Positions 1-9,424 of a stretch of 64,000 bases of DNA are shown here, in pieces. The stretch is from an uncultured Victivallales bacterium (GTDB taxonomy: Bacteria > Verrucomicrobiota > Kiritimatiellia > UBA8416 > CAYSRM01). The notes below the pieces were generated by a model. It was not told the DNA's origin and made no database searches. It was given only the letters and a program-made list of their open reading frames with translations. Location: contig CAYYVQ010000002.1 of the NCBI GenBank assembly GCA_964475205.1, forward strand, positions 9,965-73,964. Reading direction: 5' to 3'. Numbering within the stretch: the stretch's first letter is position 1; every line of letters begins with the position of its first letter. Made by a program: the position numbers and the translations under genes.

Positions 1-724
1 AATGCGTATAAAGATAGACACGACCCAATTCGTAGATAAGCCTGAAAAGCTGCCTTTCAACATTCATCCCCGAGCGAATAAAGAAAAAGGCGTTGCCGTT
101 CTCATTATCATAATAAGACCAACTCTCAACCCGTTCCAAAAATGAACAGAAAACAACCCTGAGCCCCGCATTCTCGAAAAGCTCAAGATAGTCAAAGACC
201 ACAGCCTGCCCTACCCCCAGCACCTGCCGTACCTGGGCGGCGAGCTGCTCAAAACCGGGTTCCTGGCAGAAAAAAGGAAGATCAAGAGGAATCATCGCCT
301 GCTTGTGCGCACCACAGATGTCCTCAAGCGCAAGATAGGCGTCCATAATACGGCCGCACATAACACGGTCATCTTCAGCCATTGCGTCTTCTTCGCATGA
401 CATCCTGGTGCTCACAGGTCCGACATACCGACGCGCCGGTCGGCCCTCCCTTACAGCATCAGTCCGATGACTCTCCTGAATAGAATCATAGCCGGGTTCG
501 TCAAAGAAAGCGTCGACGGGCACGTTAAGCACCTTTGCTAAAGCAAAGAGAACCCTGCCGGACGGAATGTTGCGCCCCTTCTCAATACCACTCATCGGCC
601 CCGGCTGTATGCCTACACGATGAGCAAGCTCAAATTGTTTCATGTGCTTGGCCCGGCGGATGCGCCTTATGTTCGACCCGACAACAACCGGATCAGCCTG
701 TGGAGTGTTATCACTTGTCTTCAT
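1..724 (-). CDS. XRE-family HTH transcriptional regulator with C-terminal ImmA/IrrE-like region, 3' end truncated by the window edge
   Basis: The reverse-strand translation starts MKTSDNTPQADPVVVGSNIRRIRRAKHMKQFELAHRVGIQPGPMSGIEKGRNIPSGRVLFALAKVLNVPVDAF, a typical HTH_XRE helix-turn-helix. The frame stays open to position 1, so the stop lies outside the window. The start ATG is the complement at 722-724. Confidence 0.75.
   Translation of the reverse strand, partial: MKTSDNTPQADPVVVGSNIRRIRRAKHMKQFELAHRVGIQPGPMSGIEKGRNIPSGRVLFALAKVLNVPVDAFFDEPGYDSIQESHRTDAVREGRPARRYVGPVSTRMSCEEDAMAEDDRVMCGRIMDAYLALEDICGAHKQAMIPLDLPFFCQEPGFEQLAAQVRQVLGVGQAVVFDYLELFENAGLRVVFCSFLERVESWSYYDNENGNAFFFIRSGMNVERQLFRLIYELGRVYLYTH
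61..97. repeat. 37-bp direct repeat, copy 1 (inside the XRE gene); copy 2 at 1564-1599
   Basis: cattcatccccgagcgaataaagaaaaaggcgttgcc at 61-97 matches cattcatgcccgagcgaataaagaaaaaggcgttgcc at 1564-1599 with one mismatch. Confidence 0.8.
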
Positions 725-876
725 CTTGATCTTAAGATGACATCCATCTATAGCCACAGTCAAGCGTTTTCTTTATTTTTTTATTAATTTTCAAGCCGCT
801 GATCCTTTTCCACTTATAAAATGCAGGAAACTCAGCGCGTGATCGGACAAACCGGTTTTGGCCTGCTATGGCTGTG

Positions 877-1242
877 CTATGGAACGTTTACGCCGGGAAG
901 ACTGGAGAAGTGATCATCCTGGGTCCACAGTGGCGCCCCATGTGCACGCGCGGTTGCATAAATCAAGCTGTCGGCCATCGGCAGCTTGTGCTTCAGGCTG
1001 ATCATAGCAGCGCTGAGAGCTACATCCTCGGTAATGTCAATAACAGAGCCCTGCTTCATCTGGGCAACAGCCTGGAGCGCGCGTGCTTCATCGGCTACAA
1101 GATTGACCTTCTTGAAGACCTCGTAAATACAGATAACCGGGACAATCAGATCATCCGTATTCTCGATCGGCGGCGTGAAATACGTGGCATTTTTCTCTCC
1201 AAAAAAATACTCAATCCAGCCGGACGTATCCACCAGATTCAT
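877..1242 (-). CDS. vapC: PIN-domain toxin VapC
   Basis: The N-terminus MNLVDTSGWIEYF and the acidic residues are typical of PIN/VapC. Length is 121 aa. It overlaps the upstream antitoxin gene by 4 bp. Confidence 0.8.
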   Translation of the reverse strand: MNLVDTSGWIEYFFGEKNATYFTPPIENTDDLIVPVICIYEVFKKVNLVADEARALQAVAQMKQGSVIDITEDVALSAAMISLKHKLPMADSLIYATARAHGAPLWTQDDHFSSLPGVNVP

Positions 1243-1448
1243 GCGCGATCCTCTTCATCACGAGTAAACGTTGCGTCTAGCCCACTCAGAAATCCACGCA
1301 TCTTTCGCATCGCATGGGTCCGGATAAGTTCGATTCGGCCATCAAAACTCAGGACTTGAAGTTTCTCCCCGGGCCTGATGTGCATTCTCTCTCTCACTTC
1401 CCTGGGAATAACCACTTGGTATTTCGGTGAAACAGTTACAGCAGTCAT
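1239..1448 (-). CDS. vapB: AbrB/SpoVT/MazE-type antitoxin VapB
   Basis: This 69-aa protein, MTAVTVSPKYQVVIPREVRERMHIRPGEKLQV, has the swapped-hairpin AbrB-like motif. It is translationally coupled to vapC. Confidence 0.75.
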   Translation of the reverse strand: MTAVTVSPKYQVVIPREVRERMHIRPGEKLQVLSFDGRIELIRTHAMRKMRGFLSGLDATFTRDEEDRA

Positions 1449-1563
1449 ATCGATCTCCTTTTGGGGATACGTTTAACAGATCGATAAACTGGCGTCAAGA
1501 ATTTCCTTTTTGCCCAAACATTGAACCAACCTTTTTCAAGACCAGCGTGAAACGGATATCCCC

Positions 1564-1599
1564 ATTCATGCCCGAGCGAATAAAGAAAAAGGCGTTGCC
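1564..1599. repeat. 37-bp direct repeat, copy 2 (intergenic, downstream of vapB)
   Basis: See copy 1. The flanks on both sides are only loosely similar, so only about 37 bp are duplicated. Confidence 0.8.
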
Positions 1600-1634
1600 A
1601 CGTTGACTGCGGCCGAAGTGAAAGGACAGCAATC

Positions 1635-2336
1635 TTGACTTCCGAGGTTGGTTTGGCTACATATCACGATCGAAACAGAGAATACGAACAAGGATCCTGC
1701 CATATTATGACCAGGGAACAATCTGCGATAGTTAAGCCTGAGAGCTGGACGGAAGCGCTAGATCTGAATTCAATTTTCAGAGCACGATCCGGCATGACCG
1801 GCTCTATGGAAAAAAACCGGCGCCTTGAAGTGGAAATAGGTTGCGGCAAAGGGACTTTCCTGCTTTCACGGGCAAATGCGCATCGAGATACGGATTTTAT
1901 TGCAATCGACAGGATGCTCAAGCGCCTCAGGCGGGCGGACAGCAAGGTTACAAGGCATGGCCTTGATAATGTTGCGCTACTTAGAATAGAGGCTGCATAT
2001 GCGATTGAATATCTGATCCCGGATAATTCCGTCGATGCCTGCTTTGTACTGTTCCCGGACCCATGGCCGAAGAAGAGACATCATCGCAGAAGATTATTCC
2101 AGGAGAGCTTCCTGAACTCGCTGGCTAAAACACTCAAACCTGGAGGCAAAGTCCACATAGCAACTGATCATACGGATTACTTTCAATGGATCAGTGAGCT
2201 GTTTGCGGCATCCGATTTTTTTGAGGAAACAGAACCTTACAAACCTGCGCCGGAAGAAAAGACAAACTTCGAAATTATCTTCCTGCAGAAGGATAAACAG
2301 ATTAACCGGTGTTCGTATAAACTGATTGATTCATAA
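1635..2336 (+). CDS. trmB: tRNA (guanine46-N7)-methyltransferase TrmB
   Basis: The SAM-binding EVEIGCGKG motif, LFPDPWPKKRHHRRR and the downstream conserved blocks are typical of TrmB. The true start may be the internal Met near 1707. Confidence 0.8.
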   Translation: MTSEVGLATYHDRNREYEQGSCHIMTREQSAIVKPESWTEALDLNSIFRARSGMTGSMEKNRRLEVEIGCGKGTFLLSRANAHRDTDFIAIDRMLKRLRRADSKVTRHGLDNVALLRIEAAYAIEYLIPDNSVDACFVLFPDPWPKKRHHRRRLFQESFLNSLAKTLKPGGKVHIATDHTDYFQWISELFAASDFFEETEPYKPAPEEKTNFEIIFLQKDKQINRCSYKLIDS

Positions 2337-2363
2337 GAAAAGACCAATAACCAACAATCCGCC

Positions 2364-3197
2364 TCATGCGCCTATGACCCTTCCCCTTCGAAGGATTTTT
2401 TTCAGAAATTTTCTGCGTGTTACGCCCCACTTCTTCTTGAAAAGCCGGCGCGGGTCTTCCAGTGTTTTGTCGTCAAACCGCGAAGTGGTGCTTCGGGAAA
2501 AATGATAGACGAGGCTTGTGCCCACGCCTATGAAATTCCTGCACCCGTGTTTGTGCATCCTCATTGCAAAATCCGGATCGCTTCCAAAACCGGGAAAATA
2601 GTCCTCGTCCAACCCTCCGACAGCGTCCCAGTCAGCCTTTCTGACAAGTGTAGGCGTCCACGTGCTGACAACATTGTACGGTCTCTTCAGTCCGCCATAC
2701 TCGGATAGCAACCGTTCTTCTTCGAATTCCGATGGAGAGCGCCCATAATCCTGGTATCCAATGTAACATTCGGCGGCTTTCCCCGGCTCAATGGCTGTTC
2801 CCGAAAGCCATATTTTTTCCGCCAGATCCGCATACTGCCATAACGCCGAATCCCACTGTGGCAATGGATACATGTCGTCGTTCATGAAACATATCCAATT
2901 GTTTTGCGCCATTTCAGCCGCACGGTTAACTGCATTGCATACACCCGTGTTCTCTTTGCTGTATGCGTATCGGACATTCCGCTCTTCAGCCCAGCTTATA
3001 CATTTGTCGTTATACTCATTAAAAAAAATGATGATCTCGTGGCGGTTGGCGCTGTTTCGAATGAGGCCCCTGTATGCCAGATCCAGGTAATCCATATTGT
3101 TCCATGTAGGAATCAGCACGGAAAATACCGGTGTTGCACCCGGCCTGCTATTTTGCGCTTTTTCCATCTCTGCCGTGCCTCTAATGTGATCCGTCAT
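2364..3197 (-). CDS. family 2 glycosyltransferase
   Basis: VFSVLIPTWNNMDYLDLAYRGL is the GT2 N-terminal motif and a DxD-like MNDDM follows. Length is 277 aa. Confidence 0.7.
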   Translation of the reverse strand: MTDHIRGTAEMEKAQNSRPGATPVFSVLIPTWNNMDYLDLAYRGLIRNSANRHEIIIFFNEYNDKCISWAEERNVRYAYSKENTGVCNAVNRAAEMAQNNWICFMNDDMYPLPQWDSALWQYADLAEKIWLSGTAIEPGKAAECYIGYQDYGRSPSEFEEERLLSEYGGLKRPYNVVSTWTPTLVRKADWDAVGGLDEDYFPGFGSDPDFAMRMHKHGCRNFIGVGTSLVYHFSRSTTSRFDDKTLEDPRRLFKKKWGVTRRKFLKKILRRGRVIGA

Positions 3198-3414
3198 CTC
3201 TGTGTCTCACGAATTACGATTGAATAAATGAACTATTCAAGAGTCCGTAAAATCGCCGCTCCAGTCAATTATATTCACGCGCCGAGTCTGCCGCAGTTGA
3301 TATCTGCCCGCCCTCCCTCTCGTCGGGAGCAGGCTGGGGCGCAGCAAGAAGAGCCGCGCAACCTGTTTTTTCTCTCTTGCATGAAGCATCAAAACGACTT
3401 ACTTTTGACCCAGA

Positions 3415-4236
3415 ATGAAAGCATTAAACTGCACAATAGCAGCGGCATATTTTCTGTTGGCTCAGCATGCCTTTTTGAGCCCGGCCCTCGCAGAGAGATG
3501 GTACGCATACGAAGAGTGCAAGCATCTGGACAAGCTTTACTTTGACGGCGACAGTTTTCATGTAAGAACAAAAAGCAACCACTATATTTTCAGACTGTAT
3601 TTTGTAGATGCACCTGAACTTGAAAAGACTGTTCCCGAACGGGTAGCCGAACAGGCCGAATACTGGGACATCAGCGAAGAACAGGTTATTGAGCTGGCCA
3701 GGAAGGCCAAGGCTTTCACAAAGAAATTTCTTTCCAAAGGCTTCACCGTTCATTCCAGACGTGAAGACGCCAAGGGGCGAAGCCACAGGCCAAGATTTTT
3801 CGGTTTCGTTGAGGCCGACGGACAATATCTTTCCGAGGAGCTGGTCAAAAACGGCCTGGCCCGCGTCTACGGAGCATGGGCCAAACTGCCCGACGGAACG
3901 CGCGCCAGTAAATTCCGCGCGCGTCTGAAAATTATTGAAAGACAGGCAAAAAGGGAAAAACGCGGCGGATGGGGGATGCCCTCCGTGACGCAAAGTTCCC
4001 ATGCGGCTGCCGGCATATCTAAGACAAACCTTGTGCTAAAATCAGCCCTTGATGTTTACAGCGCCAAGGGCCGGCGTCTATACCTTGGCGCCATACCAAG
4101 GGGACATGAAATAGAGGTGCTTGCCCCTGAAACCCGCCTTTATGTCCGGGTTCGTTTTGTATACAAGGGCAAGACAAACGAAGTTCTATGTTCACGCCGC
4201 GTGCTGAAAACTCATTATCCATATAGAAAGAAATAG
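3415..4236 (+). CDS. secreted thermonuclease (SNase-like) with extra C-terminal domain
   Basis: A signal peptide MKALNCTIAAAYFLLAQHAFLSPALA is followed by SNase-like blocks (YFVDAPE, SRREDAKGR, GLARVYG). About 90 aa lie beyond the nuclease fold. Confidence 0.65.
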   Translation: MKALNCTIAAAYFLLAQHAFLSPALAERWYAYEECKHLDKLYFDGDSFHVRTKSNHYIFRLYFVDAPELEKTVPERVAEQAEYWDISEEQVIELARKAKAFTKKFLSKGFTVHSRREDAKGRSHRPRFFGFVEADGQYLSEELVKNGLARVYGAWAKLPDGTRASKFRARLKIIERQAKREKRGGWGMPSVTQSSHAAAGISKTNLVLKSALDVYSAKGRRLYLGAIPRGHEIEVLAPETRLYVRVRFVYKGKTNEVLCSRRVLKTHYPYRKK

Positions 4237-4269
4237 CCTCCCCTTATCTTTTTTGAATAATATTCGCCA

Positions 4270-4854
4270 ATGATAAAACCTTTCCAGAACCAGTTCGCAA
4301 TAACCCTGCCTGATTGGCTCCAGTCCGATTTGCAGGCCGTGGAATCATACATTCCCGAACGCATTGAGCGAATGCGCTTTGTTATAGGCCTTTCCCGCAA
4401 GAACATGGAATTCAGCTCCGGCGGCCCATTTGCCGCGGCTGTTTTTGACAATACACATAACAGACTGATCAGTGCAGGGGTCAACGTCGTGGAGCCTTCC
4501 GCATGCTCTATAGCGCATGCGGAAGTCATGGCATTAACGCTTGCACAACAACGCGCAGGCACTCACAACCTTCGCAGCGTGGAAGGCATCCGGTTCGAAC
4601 TGGTCACCAGCACAGAGCCTTGCGCCATGTGCTTTGGTGCGGTCCAGTGGTCCGGAGTGCAATCCCTTGTGTGCGGGGCTACTGCCGAAGACGCCAGAAA
4701 CATCGGTTTCGACGAGGGCGCAAGACCCGCTGACTGGGCAGGAGAACTCCAGAACCGCGGCATTGAGGTTGTCATGGGAGTCTGTCGCCCGGAAGCCGCA
4801 GGCGTGTTGGCCGATTATGCTGAAAGGGGCGGGTCCATATACAATCCGGGCTGA
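4270..4854 (+). CDS. CMP/dCMP-type zinc deaminase family protein (nucleoside or tRNA-base deaminase)
   Basis: The zinc-ligand motifs HAEVMAL and PCAMCFGAV are present. Confidence 0.7.
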   Translation: MIKPFQNQFAITLPDWLQSDLQAVESYIPERIERMRFVIGLSRKNMEFSSGGPFAAAVFDNTHNRLISAGVNVVEPSACSIAHAEVMALTLAQQRAGTHNLRSVEGIRFELVTSTEPCAMCFGAVQWSGVQSLVCGATAEDARNIGFDEGARPADWAGELQNRGIEVVMGVCRPEAAGVLADYAERGGSIYNPG

Positions 4855-4882
4855 ATTGCGCCGACATTGTCCAGCCTGCACA

Positions 4883-6877
4883 TCAAACGGTTTCTTTCAG
4901 TTCCTTCAACTCGTCCCTTAGAACGGCGGCTCGTTCATACTCGAGAGCTTTGGCAGCCTCCAGCATTTCTTTCTCAAGATCCTGTATGACTTGATGGACA
5001 TCGTAGTCCTCGCCGGTTTCACGCACAATGTTCTCCTCGACTTTTCGAGCCTTGTCCATAGAAACGCCGGCCCAATCGCGCATTTCTTTACTGATGCCCA
5101 CAGGGGTTATGTTGTGGGCCTTATTGTATTGCTTCTGCCTGCTGCGCCGGTATTCAGTCACATCAATCATCCGCTGCATTGAGTCGGTAATCCTGTCAGC
5201 GTAAAGAATGACTTTGCCGTTAACATGCCTTGCAGCGCGCCCTGCAACCTGTATCAACGAAGTTTCCGAACGAAGAAAGCCTTCTTTGTCGGCGTCAAGT
5301 ATTGCAACCAGCGCCACCTCTGGGAGATCCAGTCCTTCTCTCAACAGGTTGATGCCGACCAGGCAATCGAATTCTTTCCTGCGCAGCCTGCCGAGGATCG
5401 CAACTCTTTCCAACGCGTCTATTTCGGAATGCAGATATTCAACCTTGAGACCAGCTTCTCGAAGATAAGCTGACAGGTCCTCGGCTGTCTTCTTGGTCAA
5501 AGTTGTAACAAGCGCTCTTTCATCCCGCAAGGCGTGGCTGCGCACCTCTTCCATGAGATCATCTATCTGTCCGCTCAAAGGTCTTACTTCAACTGGAGGA
5601 TCGATCAGCCCTGTCGGCCGGATCACCTGTTCAACAGGTTCGGGCGATACCTTCCTTTCAAAAGGACCGGGAGTAGCAGTAGTAAAGACCACTTTTCCTG
5701 TTTTCCCCAGGAATTCATCAAAATTAAGGGGACGGTTATCCATGGCGGATGGAAGCCGGAAGCCATGATCCACAAGCACGCTTTTCCGGGCCTGATCGCC
5801 GTTGTACATGGCCCTGACCTGCGGAAGCGTCACATGAGATTCGTCGATGATGGTCAGGAATTCCGAATTAAAGTAATCCAGCAACGTTGCAGGGGGTTCC
5901 CCTTCCGCCCGACCTGAAAGATGGCGAGAGTAATTTTCTATACCTGAGCAGTAGCCGATCTCCTGGAGCATTTCAACATCATACATGGTCCGCGATTTCA
6001 ACCGCTGAGCCTCAAGCAGTTTGCCTTCTCTTTCCAGCTCACGGAGTCTTACTTCCATCTCTGAGTTTATGCGCTCAACCGCCGGTTTAATCTTCGAATC
6101 CGGCATAACAAAATGCCGCGCCGGTGAAATAAGGGTTTCGTTCAGCCTGGCGACGGTTTTGCCGCTGACTGGATCGAACTGTCTTATTTCTTCCACCTCG
6201 TCCCCGAAAAAGTCTATCCGTATAGACTGTTGAGCATACGAAGGATACACATCTACAGAATCGCCCCTGACGCGGAAAGTCCCGGGTTCATGTTCGTAGT
6301 CGTTACGCGAGTACTGGATCTCGACAAGTTTTTCCAGCATTGAGTCGCGTTCCAGTTCTTCACCTTTTTTCACACGCACCAGCATTTCCTGGTAATCTTC
6401 AGGCGAACCCAGCCCGTAAATGCAGGAAACTGACGCAATGATTATCACATCGTTTCTGCATAAAAGTGAATTTGTTGCCGACAGCCGGAAGCGTTCAATC
6501 TCCTCGTTAATGGACGCGTCCTTTTCAATGAAAGTGTCTGTCTGCGGAATGTAAGCTTCGGGCTGATAATAATCGTAATAACTGATAAAATACTCGACCG
6601 CATTGTCCGGAAAAAAATACCGGAACTCTTCATAAAGCTGGGCCGCCAGCGTCTTGTTGTGGGAAATGATCAATGCGGGTCTGCCATATCCGGCAATCAC
6701 ATTGGCCATGGTAAAAGTCTTGCCCGAACCCGTGACTCCTTCAAGAATCTGGAACCTGCCCCCGCCCTGCAGGCCGGCCAGAAGCCGGGATATCGCCTTC
6801 GGCTGATCCCCCGTTGGCGAAAACGGAGCCTTCACTTCAAAACGGGCCTTCACTTCGATAACATCTTCTCCAGGCAC
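4883..6877 (-). CDS. uvrB: excinuclease ABC subunit B
   Basis: The N-terminal FSPTGDQPKAI, Walker A GVTGSGKTFT, helicase motifs and the C-terminal UvrB/UvrC interaction (UVR) domain YERAAVLRDELKELK are all present. Length is 664 aa. Confidence 0.95.
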   Translation of the reverse strand: MPGEDVIEVKARFEVKAPFSPTGDQPKAISRLLAGLQGGGRFQILEGVTGSGKTFTMANVIAGYGRPALIISHNKTLAAQLYEEFRYFFPDNAVEYFISYYDYYQPEAYIPQTDTFIEKDASINEEIERFRLSATNSLLCRNDVIIIASVSCIYGLGSPEDYQEMLVRVKKGEELERDSMLEKLVEIQYSRNDYEHEPGTFRVRGDSVDVYPSYAQQSIRIDFFGDEVEEIRQFDPVSGKTVARLNETLISPARHFVMPDSKIKPAVERINSEMEVRLRELEREGKLLEAQRLKSRTMYDVEMLQEIGYCSGIENYSRHLSGRAEGEPPATLLDYFNSEFLTIIDESHVTLPQVRAMYNGDQARKSVLVDHGFRLPSAMDNRPLNFDEFLGKTGKVVFTTATPGPFERKVSPEPVEQVIRPTGLIDPPVEVRPLSGQIDDLMEEVRSHALRDERALVTTLTKKTAEDLSAYLREAGLKVEYLHSEIDALERVAILGRLRRKEFDCLVGINLLREGLDLPEVALVAILDADKEGFLRSETSLIQVAGRAARHVNGKVILYADRITDSMQRMIDVTEYRRSRQKQYNKAHNITPVGISKEMRDWAGVSMDKARKVEENIVRETGEDYDVHQVIQDLEKEMLEAAKALEYERAAVLRDELKELKETV

Positions 6878-7872
6878 TTCCTGGCATTATGCGCAATACT
6901 GTCAGGAACACTCACACGGTGGGAATCCGGCCATTTTGTCAGGAGGTCCGCAAGTTTGTCCTCGTCTGTCAACGCCATATCCGTGCAGGTTGAATTTGCC
7001 AGAGGTCTTACATCAACCCGGCCGCCCTGTATCGAGGCCAGTCTTTCCACAAGATGGCGCTCGGTTCCGACAAAAACAGTCGAACCATCGGGAAGAGACT
7101 CAACATACCTGATAATCTGTGCAGTTGACCCAAGCTCATCAGCCTGTGACGCAACGGTGTATGGAACCTCGGGATGAACAATTATACGGGCATCCGCATA
7201 ATTCTCCCGTATAGCCCTTATGTACCTCAGGGTAAATGCGGTATGCACGTGGCAGAAGCCCCGCCAGATTATCATCGAAGCTTTTTCAACAGATTCCTGA
7301 CTAAGACCGCCGCAAGTCTCGGCGGGGTCACAGTATGCGATCCGCTCTCTCTCCAGCCCGAGCTTAACAGCAGTATTGGTTCCAAGATGTTCGTCAGGAA
7401 GAAACAGGACCCGGTTGCCCCTTTTCAGTTCACGGCTGGTTATCTCCAGGGCGTTGCTTGATGTGCACGCGCTGCCGCCCCTGGCCCCGCAAAACGATTT
7501 CACAGGCGCTGAGCTGTTCACATACACAATCGGGGTCCACTGTCCAGCGCTCTCGGTAAGAAACGACCATACTGTTTTCAATTTATCCACATCCGCCATG
7601 TCAGCCATGGGACAGCCCGCATCAGGATCGGGCATATACACAGATTGACTGCTCGTAGTAAGCACATCCGCGGATTCTGCCATAAACCTGACGCCACAGA
7701 ACACAATCCGTTCCGCGTCCCGCTGCTCAGAGGCAATCCTGGCAAGTTCAAGAGAATCCCCTACGCTGTCTGCATGTTTAAGAACAGATGAACGCTCATA
7801 ATGATGCCCCAGGATCAGAAGTTTAGAACCCCATTTCTGTTTCTGTTGCGCTATCGTATTAGTCGTATTCAC
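6850..7872 (-). CDS. nadA: quinolinate synthase A
   Basis: LLILGHHYERSSVLKHADSVGDSLELARIA and the NadA-type Cys-containing blocks are present. Length is 340 aa. Its 3' end overlaps the uvrB start by 28 bp. Confidence 0.85.
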   Translation of the reverse strand: MNTTNTIAQQKQKWGSKLLILGHHYERSSVLKHADSVGDSLELARIASEQRDAERIVFCGVRFMAESADVLTTSSQSVYMPDPDAGCPMADMADVDKLKTVWSFLTESAGQWTPIVYVNSSAPVKSFCGARGGSACTSSNALEITSRELKRGNRVLFLPDEHLGTNTAVKLGLERERIAYCDPAETCGGLSQESVEKASMIIWRGFCHVHTAFTLRYIRAIRENYADARIIVHPEVPYTVASQADELGSTAQIIRYVESLPDGSTVFVGTERHLVERLASIQGGRVDVRPLANSTCTDMALTDEDKLADLLTKWPDSHRVSVPDSIAHNARKCLEKMLSK

Positions 7873-7958
7873 TAAGTATGTATCTCCAAGCAGGCTGAAA
7901 AGTTATTCTTTACTTTTATAACTATACACGAATTTATGCAAGCGTGGCAAATCCTGAA

Positions 7959-8100
7959 CCCGCATTTCTCACGGGATTGACACTCACCCGCATATCTCAC
8001 AAAATTCTTACTGCGAGCGCGGATAGCACCCCCACAGGAGCGCTCTCCACGCTCTTCCGCCAGATGGCGGACAGGCTGCTACGAAATTCCGTGTAATACT
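7959..8100. repeat. degenerate copy of the CCCGCATATCTCA-TIR small repeat family (reverse orientation relative to the 30662-30838 copy)
   Basis: acccgcatttctca lies at 7959-7972 and cccgcatatctcacaaaattcttactgcgagcgcggatagc at 7987 onward matches the reverse complement of 30800-30838. gctacgaaattcc is shared at the far end, and the distal TIR is degraded. Confidence 0.6.
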
Positions 8101-8354
8101 TTCTGAAGCCACAGCTCAGGGGGCCCCTTATTGCTTTTTTCCATTCGGACAGCTAAATTTAATGTCGATGATAACAGACGCGCAATGCCTTCAACCGGAT
8201 TGCTTCAGCACAATAAACATAACTGCTGGAGCGATGCGAAAAAGAACAGGCAAAATCAACAGCAACATGACTTTGCTCGCTTTCAAGTTGAAAGCAATGC
8301 GCTCTTCAGGTTTCTTACAAAAATAGCAACAATAAAGATAAGGAGCACAATACG

Positions 8355-8918
8355 ATGGATATACCCCTTGAAATTTCTTTTCGCGACGTCGAAAGAACCC
8401 CGCAGATTGAACAGTTGATTCACAAAAGGGCGGCCGACCTTGAGCGCAAATGCAAAGCTCTCAAAAGCTGCCGCATAGCGGTTGAACAACCCCAGAAACA
8501 CCAGCGTACGGGAAATCCGTATAGAATAAGGCTGGATATGCATGTTCCGCCTGGCCACGAGCTGGTTGTAAAAAACAAACCCAGGCAGAAGCCGCAACAC
8601 GAAAGTCTTCACGCAGTGATTACCGATACTTTCGATTCAGCCGAACGTGTTCTTAAAAAAACTCTCGACAAGATGAGCGGCGAAACAAAGAGACATCCAG
8701 ACCAGGAAGCAACGGCTTTTGTTGACCGTGTGTTTCGTGACAAAGGTTACGGTTTTATAAGATCAATTGACGGCACGGAGCGTTACTTTCACCAGAACAG
8801 TGTTCTTAACAATGATTTTGAACGTCTCGAGCCCGGAACAGGTGTCACTTTTGTCCCTGAGGAAGGTGAAAAAGGCCCACAGGTCAGCTCAATGAAAATA
8901 GTCAATAAGCCCGGCTAA
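8355..8918 (+). CDS. hpf: ribosome hibernation promoting factor (RaiA/HPF, S30AE family) fused to a C-terminal cold-shock domain
   Basis: The N-terminal ~100 aa, MDIPLEISFRDVERTPQIEQLIHKRAADLERKCKALKSCRIAVEQ...LHAVITDTFDSAERVLKKTLDK, match the HPF/YfiA pattern. The C-terminus, DKGYGFIRSIDGTERYFHQNSV...GTGVTFVPEEGEKGPQVSSMKIV, is a CspA-like S1/OB cold-shock domain. Confidence 0.75.
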   Translation: MDIPLEISFRDVERTPQIEQLIHKRAADLERKCKALKSCRIAVEQPQKHQRTGNPYRIRLDMHVPPGHELVVKNKPRQKPQHESLHAVITDTFDSAERVLKKTLDKMSGETKRHPDQEATAFVDRVFRDKGYGFIRSIDGTERYFHQNSVLNNDFERLEPGTGVTFVPEEGEKGPQVSSMKIVNKPG

Positions 8919-8934
8919 CCCATTGTGTGTTCTT

Positions 8935-8979
8935 AGGGTCAGACCTTTACTTTATACTTTATATAGTAAAGCTGACCCT
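8935..8979 (+). terminator. long perfect hairpin downstream of hpf (putative intrinsic terminator without U-tract)
   Basis: The stem is agggtcag(ac)ctttact...agtaaagctgaccct with a 13-nt AT-rich loop, 11 bp after the stop codon. Confidence 0.45.
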
Positions 8980-9112
8980 AAAGAGCTTCAGACGCCAATG
9001 GCTTGGGGACTGTGAGATATGCGGGTCAGGATGTGCCAATGTTGAACTCAACTCGAACCATGCCTGAAACCCCGAAAATACAGGCCGGAACACACGTTCC
9101 GCTCTTCAAAAG

Positions 9113-9189
<77 letters not shown>

Positions 9190-9264
9190 TCAATGTTGAG
9201 AATTAATATACGACATGTCTTCGCCGTAATCAAGACAAAATTTACATATCGCTCAAACAGGCTC

Positions 9265-9341
9265 TGGCGTACCCGGCAGGAGTCGAACCTGCAACCTCCT
9301 GATCCGTAGTCAGGTGCTCTATCCAATTGAGCTACGGGTAC
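9265..9341 (-). tRNA. tRNA-Arg (anticodon ACG)
   Basis: The reverse complement GTACCCGTAGCTCAATTGGATAGAGCACCTGACTACGGATCAGGAGGTTGCAGGTTCGACTCCTGCCGGGTACGCCA has a 7-bp acceptor stem. The anticodon stem is CCTGA/TCAGG with loop CTACGGA, and CCA is encoded. Confidence 0.9.
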
Positions 9342-9424
9342 ACATTGAAACCGAAACAGGGCTGTAAGATACATTATCCAGCGCCGTTTTCAAGCATCTA
9401 TTATCACAGAATTTCCGCAACCCT

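Noticed and set aside
8131-8354. Possible sigma-54 promoter upstream of hpf
   Set aside because: I looked for TGGCAC-N5-TTGC-like spacing and found no convincing match. The region is largely occupied by the degenerate small repeat element.
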